Below, piece by piece: positions 1 to 10,465 of a stretch of DNA of 61,195 bases. The stretch spans positions 1-61,195 of the IMG/VR virus record IMGVR_UViG_3300029448_000030; one strand, written 5' to 3'. How positions within the stretch are numbered: position 1 is the stretch's first letter; every line of letters begins with the position of its first letter. The position numbers and the translations under genes are program-made. The stretch comes from a virus. Its lineage: Duplodnaviria > Caudoviricetes. The notes below the pieces were generated by a model. The model had not been told where the DNA came from, did no database searches, and saw only the letters and a program-made list of their open reading frames with translations.

Positions 1-426
1 GTGTTTTAAGAAATATCTGTGATTTTTAAATACATCATCTCTGGATCTTTCTTTTTCAGTATGAAATACATATTCAAAACCTTTAATAGCTGAATTAGGA
101 GCCGTCATAGCAACGTTAGATTCAGTCCCATCATAGTATTGTTTACCCTTTATTTCATAATCAAATCTTGCAATCTTACGAATACCAAATCCATAGCGGT
201 AATCATGATTATAATAATCAGTTCCATCCACTACAACAGGTACATCGTATAAACTTCCATTTGGATTTGTTCTTACAAAATAACTTGGTGCATTTTCTTT
301 TGAGTTCTTAAGATCTCCAGATACGTAAAGAGTACTGTACTTAAAAAAATCTTTAAATAACTTTTTCTTTTCTTGTGCTTGAAAAGATAGTGTCATTAAT
401 AAAACAAGCGCTAGTAATTTTTTCAT
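1..426 (-). CDS. Secreted or outer-membrane protein, runs off the window start
   Basis: ATG at 426; manual translation MKKLLALVLLMTLSFQAQEKKK... gives a signal peptide followed by Tyr/Phe-rich strands; no stop before position 1; absent from the ORF track. Confidence 0.7.
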   Translation of the reverse strand, partial: MKKLLALVLLMTLSFQAQEKKKLFKDFFKYSTLYVSGDLKNSKENAPSYFVRTNPNGSLYDVPVVVDGTDYYNHDYRYGFGIRKIARFDYEIKGKQYYDGTESNVAMTAPNSAIKGFEYVFHTEKERSRDDVFKNHRYFLKH

Positions 427-433
427 TAATTAT

Positions 434-700
434 TTATTTTTTTTTATTCATATTAACAGGTTTAGGACCCATATTAAGCTTTCTACCTTTTCTTTTTTTA
501 CCGGCTAACGCAGCTGGAATATCATCTATTTGATTTCCTACTTGTTTTATTGCGTTGCCTACATCAGCTAGTTCTTTAGCTGTAAGTTTATATCTTTTTT
601 GTATTTCTTCTAAAGTTGATATTACTTTTTCATCAATATCAGTTTTACTCCACATGTAATTCCACATGTCTTTCCAGTATTGTTTTGTTAATTTCCACAT
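434..700 (-). CDS. Hypothetical protein (amphipathic N-terminus, coiled coil, basic tail)
   Basis: 88-aa ORF tightly packed in the late operon. Confidence 0.65.
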   Translation of the reverse strand: MWKLTKQYWKDMWNYMWSKTDIDEKVISTLEEIQKRYKLTAKELADVGNAIKQVGNQIDDIPAALAGKKRKGRKLNMGPKPVNMNKKK

Positions 701-705
701 AATTT

Positions 706-3700
706 TTAAAATTTTATTTTTGGTTTTAAATCTAAATCTTTATCAAAATCTATATTAGGGCCAAAATCTAATTCATTAGATCTGCCTCTTCTTGTATTGT
801 TTTGTTCAAGGCCTAAGTTCCAAGTACTATAACCCATTAAAAACATAAGTCTTAATAATATTCTATAATCACTACTCATAGCATTACTTACATTTTCCAT
901 TTTTCTATGAATTCTTCCTAACGGAGCGTTTGTAAATCCTTCAATCATTTGAAGAGCCGCAGCAAGTTGATACTTATTTTTTAAACTAAAACGACCATGT
1001 TGTTGTATCAACCACTCACTCTCCTTTTTGTTCCAAACTAAAGTTTGATAAGCACTAAATATTTTTCTTAATTTTATATTTAAAGGAATCAAACCATCAG
1101 TTAAAGCTAAAACAACTTCTTGTCCTTTGTATGGTGCTTTAGGATCATTATATGTATTATACATACCAAGCGCAGCGTTCTTAGCCCATGCAACATATGC
1201 TAGTTTCAATCCTCCACCTCTTAAATAGTTATCTAACCATCCATTCCAGAATCTTTGTTGTTGTTTGTCATATTTACCAGTTGGCCATCTTTCTTCATCG
1301 TCATCAAACCATTTCATAAATAAAGCATTTTGTAAAAAAGAGAAAATAGCATATTGAATTCCACCATAATATGTTATTTTAGTTAACTTATTCCAAGTAC
1401 CGGTATCCCATTTATCAGTGTTTTTTAGTTTTTTACCTCTACCGTTTATAATATCTACTATATCCCTTTTCATAACTCTACTATATTGTAAAGGAGTATT
1501 TTGAAAAGCTAACATCCATCTCCCCATCATACCAGCTTGGTTCATAGATATTTTTGAAGGATCTCCAGATTGTTGAGTTTCTTCTGTTATTAAAAACCAA
1601 TCATAATAAGCTTTTTGTTCTGCTTCCTTTTCATTAAAACCATCTTTTATATAAGTATTAATTCTGTTTCTATAAAATGAAGCTCCACCAAACGCAATTG
1701 CAATACTATCAAAAATTCTAGTTAAGAAAAATCCTTTTTTAAGCGCCCAATTAGTAGCTTGATGAAGAATATCAACAGGATTTTTAGAATCATTGTTAAA
1801 AATAATAGCTTGAATTTCTTGTTCTTGCAGATCATTTAACATTCCTGTTCTTCTATCTTGTAAATAATCAGAATTCCATAAGTACGAAACATCTTTTCTT
1901 AGTTGAGGTAAATTAGCCATAGCTGTACCAAAAGATAATGGATTATTATCACTTGTATTTATATAGTTTAATGTAGAGACAAGCTGTAACAAACCTGATC
2001 TAGAGTTAAAGAACATTGTAACACCTACAGAACCTCTTATCCAATGCATAAAACCTTTTGTAGCATTATCCAATTGCATGTCTTTGTTTGTAGTAGCCAT
2101 TGTTTCAGTTCTATAAAGCATATCTTCTAAAGCCTCTCTATATACTTTTCCATATACAGCCTCTATTTTATTTAAATTATCTGCATTAAAAGCCATTTCA
2201 ACTGCATAAAGATAATCTTTTAACCATTTTTTTCTTTGTTGTATTTTTAATTTATCAGCAACATCCATTTGTATAGTGCTGATAAACCAATCTCCTTGTG
2301 GTTCAATATATCCATTAGGTTGCTTAGTTAGTATTGATAGCTCTTCAGCAAAAGATCGTAGCTCTGGATCTTTTCTTACAAAGTTTGATAGTTCAAACAT
2401 GTTTTTCTTATCTATATAACCAGGTTGACCTTTACTAGGCATTTGAAATTTACCTTTATTCCATAAATAAACCCTTATAGCTTGATCAATTGTAAAACTT
2501 CCAAATCCAGGAACTTCTTTTTTTAACCTATCTTTTATAGCTGGATATTTATTCATCAAGTTAACAAAGTCTTTGTTAGTTTTGTTTCTTGCAGTAGCTA
2601 TATTTAAATGACCTTGTGTGTAAGGTGCTAATATATTGTCATATAACCAATCTAATTGTTGATCAGCTTTTTTACCTTTTGTTCTAACTAGTTGCCATAA
2701 TAATCCTTTTAAATCCTGATCACCTGGCCCTAACCACCAACTATTATTATATTTTCCAAACTTTTTACCCCGGTTCCTTGCTTCAATATTATCAAATACT
2801 TTTTTAGGATCTATACCTTCACCTTCAGCTATAATTTGATTTATTGCTTGACTTATATCTGTACTATATTCGTCAAAATTAAAATCACTATTAAACTTAA
2901 CATCTCCTTCTTCTAATAATTTATTTGTAAGTTTACCTTTAGAGTTTTCTATATTTCTAAATTCAAAATTATTATAACCTTTAGAAAATTTATCTATTAA
3001 ATAAAACGCTATTACTTCGTCTTTCATGTTACCTAAATTAGGAACAGAAAACTTTATAGAATTTTTAAGTTCATGATTTTTAGATTTTATCTGCACGTTT
3101 AGCTGAGCATCCTGCATAACACTACCCATTAGAAATTGTTGTAGTACAGTTCTTCCTTTAAAGAAAGGGCTAAGCTCATTATTTAAACTAAATTTAACAA
3201 CAGATGATTTTCCACTAGCCATATCATTTAAAACATCAGCTATTATATTGTCATTTTTTAATTGATTATATAAGTTAGTATTTTTTTCACCTATTTGATT
3301 TAAAAAAGATTGACTTCTTAATGATTTTCTAGCTTGTTGTAAAACAAAAACATTACTTAATAATTCCATTAAAGCCGTTCTTCTATCATAAACTCCTGTT
3401 AGACCTATTTCTCTACCAGTTTTAGGACTTATTTCTGTAGAAACTAATTGCTTTAATTCTTTTGCTGGTGTTTTACTATATTTTTTTATTATTTCAGTAG
3501 CTTTATTTTTACCATAATATGTTTGTAAAAATAATGCTCTTGTTACTTTTTTTCTTTTAATTCTTCTACCCTCTTCATTAAACTCTTTTAAAGATTCCGG
3601 CATCATTTTAGCAGCATACGTAGCTTGTCCTGTTACAGGATCAAACGGGTTATTAATAACGTCTAATAATAATTTCCAATGAGTATACATAAACTCATCT

Positions 3701-6700
3701 AAAAAAGGACCTTTTTGAAATGTAACTTTTCTTAATAAAGGATATATGATTTTTTGAAGCTTATTTTGAAAATTATAAAATTGAAGTGTTTCTACATTTG
3801 GTGCTCTTAATATTTGATTTTCAACCTCTTTTACAAGCATGTCAACAGGTTTTTGAGGTACGCTAAGTGCTTTAAACGTTTTCAAGACTCCTCTAGAACC
3901 TAAATCATAGACTTCAAAATCTTTTAATTTTTTTAATTCATCGTTTTCAGCTTTAGTTCTACCTTTTATAGCTTCTAATTCTAAACCTCTTTTTAAATCT
4001 CTTTTTTGTTGCTCTAATTCTTTTTTAATTTTAGGATCTTCTTCAGCTGCTATTCTTCTATTTATAGTTACATCAACATCGTCTATTGTTTCTAAAGTAA
4101 TTGCTCTATCACCTAATGGTAGTGTTTCTATAATAATAGGATCTCCATTTACATCTACAAAACCAAAAATAGGATCACTTAATAGTTCAACTAGTTTTTC
4201 TTGATCTTCTTCAAACTTCATTTTTTGCTCACCAACTTTAGACTCTTCGTCTATTTCACCTAAAGTTCTTTCATCTATTTCACTTGTAAATTTTTCAGTA
4301 GTAATTCCTGGTCTTTTTAAAGCTTGTTTTATTTTGTTATTAAGTTGAGAGTTTATCCATGCATTTAAATCATTGTTCTCAGTTATTAACTCACCTTTTG
4401 AATTTTTATAACCTTTATCGTCTTGAGCCTCAACTCTTTTAGTTATTTCAGCCTTACTCAAACCTTTAGCAGCTAGTTGATCTTTAAATTTATCTCTTAA
4501 TTTTAAAAACTCTTTATTAAAATTTCTAATATGTTTTATTAATTCAAAATTAGTTTCAAACAATAAATCTTCTTTTGCAATATTAGGTAATGAACTATAT
4601 CTAGATTCTATTCTATATTCAATAACTGTTTCGTACTCTTGCATTATATCATAAAGAACACTATCAATACCAGTTTTTGTAGAAAAAACATCGCGATCAT
4701 AATAGTTGTTTATGTTTTCTTTAAAATTTTCTGGAGTTAATTTTTTATCTACTCTTAAAGAAAACTTATCATTAATTTTATTAGCTAAATCACTTTCTTC
4801 TTCATCAATGTTAGCAGCGGCGACAGCTGTTGTTATAGCTTTTTTCTTTGCTGCTTTTCTTTTCTTTCTTGTATCCGCAATTTCAGCTGCTAATTCTATA
4901 GTGGCTAAGTCTTTTTTTATCTGTTTAGCTTGCTTTTCTTTTTGTCTATCTAATTTCTTTTTTAATTTAGGTATAGTTTTTTCGTCAAGTTCTTTTTCTT
5001 CTTCTTTTAATTTCTTTTTTTCTTCTTCTGTTAAACCTTGTTTTTCTCCTAATTTTTTAAATGCCCTGTTGTATTTTAGCATTCCTGATTTAACACTTTT
5101 ATTATAATCCTGTAACATGTTAAAAACAGCTTTACCACTTCCTAAATCTATATCTCTAGCTCCTACAAACTGTAATGCTCTTCTCCAAGAGTTTCTAATT
5201 TGTTCTATAGCTGAAGCATCATATTTTAAATTTACATCAGGATCTCCAATTGCTTCTGAGTATAAGTTCATAGCCTCTTCCCATGTATCACTATATTTTT
5301 GTTCTAAAATTTGATCAGCTTTTTGTTTACTAATAATTTTGTTTTTTACTTGTCTATTTACTTTATCTTTAATAGTTTCAAAACGAGTTAAATATCCTTT
5401 TAATCTTCTTTTGAAATCAGATGGCATAACACTTTGATCTAAATCATCTTCTAATTGTAAATCAAGTTTACCTAGTTCATTAAACAATGCTTTACCTAAT
5501 AATCTACCTGCTTCAGCATCATTTGAAACTACTTCATTTATTAAAGCGTGAAAAAATTCATGCTGAGCTGTTTGAGTCATACGTTTACCACCTTTACTTT
5601 TTGCAGCATTGTATTTAAATTCAAGAGCATATTTAGTACCATCTTGAGTAAACATAGCTCCAAAAGAATTACCTTTAAAGAATCTATTTTTTAAATACCT
5701 TTCAAATTCTTGGTTTGTTCTATCTCTACCTTTTTCTTTATCAAACTTGCTAATAGTATTTTTTAAATATTCTAAAGCTTCTTCTTCAGAGTTAAAGTCT
5801 TTATATATAGTTTTACCTGCAACACCAGCTCTGGCTGCTGCCATTATACCTTTTCGTTGAGCTTTAGTTAACTCGTCATAATAAGTATTATTTATTCTAT
5901 CTTTTAATTGTTGAATTTCATCATCAAAACCTGTAAAACCTTTTGGTGCTTTTTTCTTATCGTTTTCAAGTTTGTTTAACTGCTGTATATCTTCTAGTAT
6001 TGTAGAAGCAGCATTTGCTGACATATTAGGCGGTACATGATTTATTGTATTTCTATATTGATCAACTTCTCCAAGTAAATTATCAGCTTCTTCTTGAGTA
6101 TAAAGACCTTGATCAATTTGACTTGCTAATAATTTTTTTAAATCAGACTCATGGTAAGCCATATAAGCCAATGAGTTAAATCTATCAACAGCATCCCAAC
6201 CCATAAACTCTCTTATTTGTTGGTTTGAAGAATTTACAATCTTTCCAGCCCCTGGCATAAAAGCGCCAGCTGTAAAAGACAATGCAGAAGTGTGTATAAA
6301 ATCTTCTAAAGTATAATTTGATTTAAGTAATTGTTGACCAGCTTGTCTATTTATATCAGCTCCTATTGCTAGAGTTTCACCAGCTTGCTGTATATTTTCT
6401 TGAAAAAGTTCTTTCCAACCTTCTCTCTGAATCATATCACCTGTTCTAAGAATACCTTTTCCAGTTTCTTTTAAACCTTCTCTAGTTCCAAATCTTTGAC
6501 CTTGTGTTTTCCAAAACTCATTCCACCCTTTCCAACCTTGTTTCATATAAGTTTGAACAGCTACGTCAATATTCTCTTTAACAGGTTTTCCAAATAATAA
6601 ATTTTGAGCTTTAGTTTGAGGACTAATAGGCGCTGTAATAGCATACCAAAAACCTGTTTGAACAGAAGCGTTTGCAGCTAATTCTCTTGATTCATCATCT

Positions 6701-8661
6701 GGTAAACCAGCAGATCTAGCAGCTAATAAAGTATCTTCATAACCTCTTACAAAACCAATTGTTCCTTGAGCTATAATAGCATCAGCAACCTGACTTTTAA
6801 CAGGCAGTGATTTTAAAAAGTTTTTAGTTGGACCTAAAACTCCTAACCCTCTAGTAAATTTACCAAGAGCAGCTTTTGTTTTACCTATACCTCTAGTTAA
6901 AGCTATTTGACCAAATAAATCCCCAATAACTCTAGATGATTCAAAGGCTAAACCAGAACTAGAAAATGAACTACCTGTTCTACCCTCTTTTCTTGTTCTT
7001 TCAACTATCTTATTTCTTTGTTGTGGTGTTAAAAAAGATGTAGCTTCTACTTTGTTTCCATCATCAAATATTCTTCCATCATCACTAACTAAATATGTTG
7101 TTCCATATTCTGGGAATTCTAATATTTTACCTCTTTTATATGCGTATCTTAATTGGTCTCCTCTTTCAAAGTTATTAATTAAAGTATTACGTCTCCAGTT
7201 TTCTGCAATTTCATCAGTGTATTCACCGGGTAAAACATCCATTGCGTATGTAGCAAGTGGAGTAGTAAAATCATGCCAAAAACCCACCCAAGCATTTGAA
7301 CTTATTTTATTTAAAAATTCACCTGTTCCAACATTACCTCCTGAACTTAAAACGTTTTGATATTCTTTTTCTAATCTTAATTGGTTTTGTTCCAAATGAT
7401 TATAAACATAAGGTGTTTCTGTTTTCATCCAATTTTTTATAAAATCTGGATTGAAATTTTTAGGTGACATGTAAAACTGTATTCCCTCTGTATCAGCATC
7501 CTTAGTAGGATTAGCTTTTTCCCACATTAGTTTTTGCTGTAATAAATCTCTATTTATTTGTTCGTTTAAATATAAATTTAAACCTTGTAGTTTTAAAAGT
7601 TCTCTAGCTTTTAAAGCATTATCACTATTATCGTTTTCTATTTTAGCTAGTTGTTCTTGTAAATAATTTTTGTGACCTCTGTTTGCTAGAAAACCATTAA
7701 AATCTTTTATATTAAAATCGGGATCTTGAGATAAAGCGTCGGTGCTAAAAAAACCTTCTATAAACCCATCATCTTCAGCAAACTCTTCATATATATACGG
7801 TTGGTTTAGTTTTTGTAAATCAATAATAGATTCTATTTGACCAGGTGTTTTTAATACAAATCTATTAACTTTTTTTCTTGACTCTCTTTTTAATCTTTCT
7901 ACATCTGTATTAAACGGCATATCTGTTTGCCACATTATTTCATAAACCTCAGCATTAGATAATTCATATCCTTCAGGTGTTGTAATACCTGACATGCCAG
8001 ATATTTCTTTACTAGCATTTTTTGGCCATGCAGTATAACCAGGATACATACCGTTTTGTAAATCACCAACTGTAATCATACCTTCTTCCAAAGCTAACTT
8101 AATACTAGGTTGATTAATAAAGGTTTGTCTATCAATCTTACCATACACAGCGCTATCTCTATCTTCTTGGCTATAACTATCAATACCGCTAGCTAATTCT
8201 CCCTCTAATCCAGGAATTCTTTCATCAAATTCACCAAAAATATTTTTTTGTAAATCAATATAATTTTTAATAACTGCATCTTTAACATCTTCTCTTTCAA
8301 GATCTTCTAAAGATAGATTAAGTTTAGTATCAAATTTTTCGTCTGAATCAAACCCACCCATTTTTCTATCATATTTCTCAATGTCTCTACTAAAAAGTTG
8401 ATTTGTCAATTCAGTTAAATCAAAATCTTGATAACCTTGAGGCAAGGATGGGCCATACATGTCCGGTCCTATTTCTGACTCTGGTGTTATACCTCCTGGA
8501 ATACCAAAAATACTAGTATCTAAAGCTATCTCATTACCCTTAGGTTCTACTGCTTCTGCTTCGGAATTTTCTGCTAACCAAATAAACTTATAGTCATCAG
8601 GCCAATTAGTTATGTCAACCCTTTGTCCATCAGGTAATTGATAGATCTCTAGTTCTTCCAT
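706..8661 (-). CDS. Giant internal virion/ejection protein, polyvalent-protein-like, with HExxH motif and sigma region-2-like segment
   Basis: 2651 aa, last of three ejection-type genes; QHEFFH at 5548-5562; EDLLFETNFELIKHIRNF...LNAWINSQLNNKIKQAL; several KFS motifs. Confidence 0.7.
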   Translation of the reverse strand: MEELEIYQLPDGQRVDITNWPDDYKFIWLAENSEAEAVEPKGNEIALDTSIFGIPGGITPESEIGPDMYGPSLPQGYQDFDLTELTNQLFSRDIEKYDRKMGGFDSDEKFDTKLNLSLEDLEREDVKDAVIKNYIDLQKNIFGEFDERIPGLEGELASGIDSYSQEDRDSAVYGKIDRQTFINQPSIKLALEEGMITVGDLQNGMYPGYTAWPKNASKEISGMSGITTPEGYELSNAEVYEIMWQTDMPFNTDVERLKRESRKKVNRFVLKTPGQIESIIDLQKLNQPYIYEEFAEDDGFIEGFFSTDALSQDPDFNIKDFNGFLANRGHKNYLQEQLAKIENDNSDNALKARELLKLQGLNLYLNEQINRDLLQQKLMWEKANPTKDADTEGIQFYMSPKNFNPDFIKNWMKTETPYVYNHLEQNQLRLEKEYQNVLSSGGNVGTGEFLNKISSNAWVGFWHDFTTPLATYAMDVLPGEYTDEIAENWRRNTLINNFERGDQLRYAYKRGKILEFPEYGTTYLVSDDGRIFDDGNKVEATSFLTPQQRNKIVERTRKEGRTGSSFSSSGLAFESSRVIGDLFGQIALTRGIGKTKAALGKFTRGLGVLGPTKNFLKSLPVKSQVADAIIAQGTIGFVRGYEDTLLAARSAGLPDDESRELAANASVQTGFWYAITAPISPQTKAQNLLFGKPVKENIDVAVQTYMKQGWKGWNEFWKTQGQRFGTREGLKETGKGILRTGDMIQREGWKELFQENIQQAGETLAIGADINRQAGQQLLKSNYTLEDFIHTSALSFTAGAFMPGAGKIVNSSNQQIREFMGWDAVDRFNSLAYMAYHESDLKKLLASQIDQGLYTQEEADNLLGEVDQYRNTINHVPPNMSANAASTILEDIQQLNKLENDKKKAPKGFTGFDDEIQQLKDRINNTYYDELTKAQRKGIMAAARAGVAGKTIYKDFNSEEEALEYLKNTISKFDKEKGRDRTNQEFERYLKNRFFKGNSFGAMFTQDGTKYALEFKYNAAKSKGGKRMTQTAQHEFFHALINEVVSNDAEAGRLLGKALFNELGKLDLQLEDDLDQSVMPSDFKRRLKGYLTRFETIKDKVNRQVKNKIISKQKADQILEQKYSDTWEEAMNLYSEAIGDPDVNLKYDASAIEQIRNSWRRALQFVGARDIDLGSGKAVFNMLQDYNKSVKSGMLKYNRAFKKLGEKQGLTEEEKKKLKEEEKELDEKTIPKLKKKLDRQKEKQAKQIKKDLATIELAAEIADTRKKRKAAKKKAITTAVAAANIDEEESDLANKINDKFSLRVDKKLTPENFKENINNYYDRDVFSTKTGIDSVLYDIMQEYETVIEYRIESRYSSLPNIAKEDLLFETNFELIKHIRNFNKEFLKLRDKFKDQLAAKGLSKAEITKRVEAQDDKGYKNSKGELITENNDLNAWINSQLNNKIKQALKRPGITTEKFTSEIDERTLGEIDEESKVGEQKMKFEEDQEKLVELLSDPIFGFVDVNGDPIIIETLPLGDRAITLETIDDVDVTINRRIAAEEDPKIKKELEQQKRDLKRGLELEAIKGRTKAENDELKKLKDFEVYDLGSRGVLKTFKALSVPQKPVDMLVKEVENQILRAPNVETLQFYNFQNKLQKIIYPLLRKVTFQKGPFLDEFMYTHWKLLLDVINNPFDPVTGQATYAAKMMPESLKEFNEEGRRIKRKKVTRALFLQTYYGKNKATEIIKKYSKTPAKELKQLVSTEISPKTGREIGLTGVYDRRTALMELLSNVFVLQQARKSLRSQSFLNQIGEKNTNLYNQLKNDNIIADVLNDMASGKSSVVKFSLNNELSPFFKGRTVLQQFLMGSVMQDAQLNVQIKSKNHELKNSIKFSVPNLGNMKDEVIAFYLIDKFSKGYNNFEFRNIENSKGKLTNKLLEEGDVKFNSDFNFDEYSTDISQAINQIIAEGEGIDPKKVFDNIEARNRGKKFGKYNNSWWLGPGDQDLKGLLWQLVRTKGKKADQQLDWLYDNILAPYTQGHLNIATARNKTNKDFVNLMNKYPAIKDRLKKEVPGFGSFTIDQAIRVYLWNKGKFQMPSKGQPGYIDKKNMFELSNFVRKDPELRSFAEELSILTKQPNGYIEPQGDWFISTIQMDVADKLKIQQRKKWLKDYLYAVEMAFNADNLNKIEAVYGKVYREALEDMLYRTETMATTNKDMQLDNATKGFMHWIRGSVGVTMFFNSRSGLLQLVSTLNYINTSDNNPLSFGTAMANLPQLRKDVSYLWNSDYLQDRRTGMLNDLQEQEIQAIIFNNDSKNPVDILHQATNWALKKGFFLTRIFDSIAIAFGGASFYRNRINTYIKDGFNEKEAEQKAYYDWFLITEETQQSGDPSKISMNQAGMMGRWMLAFQNTPLQYSRVMKRDIVDIINGRGKKLKNTDKWDTGTWNKLTKITYYGGIQYAIFSFLQNALFMKWFDDDEERWPTGKYDKQQQRFWNGWLDNYLRGGGLKLAYVAWAKNAALGMYNTYNDPKAPYKGQEVVLALTDGLIPLNIKLRKIFSAYQTLVWNKKESEWLIQQHGRFSLKNKYQLAAALQMIEGFTNAPLGRIHRKMENVSNAMSSDYRILLRLMFLMGYSTWNLGLEQNNTRRGRSNELDFGPNIDFDKDLDLKPKIKF

Positions 8662-8664
8662 ATT

Positions 8665-10455
8665 TTAATAATTCTTTTTGAATTGTTCTTTGTAGGCTTT
8701 TTTCATTCTATCTACATATGCGGTTAAAGTTTCGTCTTTATTTTTTTTATTACTAGCTTTCCAATCTGTAGCCCAAGCTAATTTTCTTAATTTACTCTTA
8801 TCATTTATAAGTGATCTTTCACCCGATGTTAAGGAGTTTAATATATAATTAAGCCTCTCTTCCGCGCTATCAAAGTTATAATCACCTACAGAAGAAACTC
8901 TACCGCCTTTAACTTCAAATAAATTACCATTTTTTACTTGTTGATTAAACGTTGTTCTTGCATCAGGTGTATCTTCTAAGTTATAATGATCTCTATTTGT
9001 AGGCGCGCTGCTTTTTAAATCTTCTGCTGGAGCAGCATTTAACCAAATATCATATATTTCGTCAGCTGTATAAATATCTTTGTTAGCCATTTTCTTGATA
9101 ACTGACTTTGTTGCATCTAATGGGCTTGATCCTCCTAACAAAATAGCTCCTTGTATTGTATCAACTCTATAGCTATCTGGAGTTTTTGTTGGAGTACGTG
9201 GACTTGGTTTGTTAATAGATTTATTACTTTCCATAAATATATTACCATTTTCATCTTGAGTTATACCGTCATAACTAGTTAAACTCTCAATTACATTATC
9301 AAACAATGCTGTTTCCATAGCTAAGCTATCTGGTAACATTTCTTGATAAGAATTTTGAAATCCTTCATTTAACTTTTTTAAATCTATATTCCAAAAATTA
9401 GCTATTTGCTGTGGTCCCGTAGAAACAACACCCCCTATTTTCTGTTTTAAAAGACCAGCCATATCTTTTCTTAACAAATCTAAATTCAATTGTTTTCTTA
9501 TAGCAGCTGTTGTATAACCTTTATTTAAATTTCCAGTTACAATTTCTTCACCTATCCAGTATTTGTCAGATATAACCCCTTTATCATTTAGTATACCTAA
9601 ACCATCTCCTTCAGGAGTTTTTATTTTAGGATATAACTTTTTAATTGTTTCATTAACAATTTGAGGAACGTTTGAAACAAAACCAAAATCTTTTCCTTCA
9701 CCAGTTCTAGCATTAAATGCTCTAGCGCTCATTATTTTTTCTCTATAATCTCCTTGAACCATTTTACCATCTACTAAATCATGTTCATGACCAGAAACCT
9801 TTATCATTATATCATTATTTTCTTGATCGAAAACCATTTGGAACTGAGCATCGTCATAAATACCTCCTAAAGCATTAACGAAATATTGATTATTAGCCAT
9901 TTCTTCTTCATCATTACCTATAATAGTAATAGCACTTCCAATAGTTGGAGCTTTTTCTTTCCAATAAGAACCTAATGCTGTGAAATTAGTTACTGTATTT
10001 TTAGTAAGAGCTAACAAATCATAATAATCATTAATAGCTTTTTGAGCAGACTTTCTTTTCCCTTTATCTCCAAATTGAGTCTTTAAATAAACTTGAGCTT
10101 GTGTAGCCATATCTATCCTACCTTGTAAAGTATCTTGTAATTGATCTTGAATAGCAGAGGTTTGAGGAATAGTTTGTAGATTACTCATCTGCTCTAGATT
10201 CCAGAGATCAGCATTGGTTTGAACTCTTTGCATATTTTCTATAATAGCTTTCTGTTCTTTTTCTTTTCTAGCTTCTTCTGCTTTTCTTGCGGCTTCTTGG
10301 TCTTGACGTAATTTGTCCCCTGCTTGTAAAACGTTTACCATAGCAGCTGCTGGAGGTAGTGATCTCCCTCTTTTTGGATTAGAATATTGATTATAATTTA
10401 CACTAGGTAAACTAACTCCTGGTAAAGGATAACTTGATGATTGTTTTGTTGCCAT
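8665..10455 (-). CDS. Putative internal virion/ejection protein
   Basis: 596 aa with N-terminal coiled coil; lies between a pilot-like gene and the giant protein, as in podovirus ejectosome gene order. Confidence 0.55.
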   Translation of the reverse strand: MATKQSSSYPLPGVSLPSVNYNQYSNPKRGRSLPPAAAMVNVLQAGDKLRQDQEAARKAEEARKEKEQKAIIENMQRVQTNADLWNLEQMSNLQTIPQTSAIQDQLQDTLQGRIDMATQAQVYLKTQFGDKGKRKSAQKAINDYYDLLALTKNTVTNFTALGSYWKEKAPTIGSAITIIGNDEEEMANNQYFVNALGGIYDDAQFQMVFDQENNDIMIKVSGHEHDLVDGKMVQGDYREKIMSARAFNARTGEGKDFGFVSNVPQIVNETIKKLYPKIKTPEGDGLGILNDKGVISDKYWIGEEIVTGNLNKGYTTAAIRKQLNLDLLRKDMAGLLKQKIGGVVSTGPQQIANFWNIDLKKLNEGFQNSYQEMLPDSLAMETALFDNVIESLTSYDGITQDENGNIFMESNKSINKPSPRTPTKTPDSYRVDTIQGAILLGGSSPLDATKSVIKKMANKDIYTADEIYDIWLNAAPAEDLKSSAPTNRDHYNLEDTPDARTTFNQQVKNGNLFEVKGGRVSSVGDYNFDSAEERLNYILNSLTSGERSLINDKSKLRKLAWATDWKASNKKNKDETLTAYVDRMKKAYKEQFKKNY

Positions 10456-10465
10456 AATTTTATTT

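Noticed and set aside
706-8661. Giant protein as a crAss-like virion RNA polymerase
   Set aside because: The only DFDxD-like string (DFDKD) is in the last ~15 residues, and I saw no double-psi-barrel context. A profile search is still needed to exclude it.
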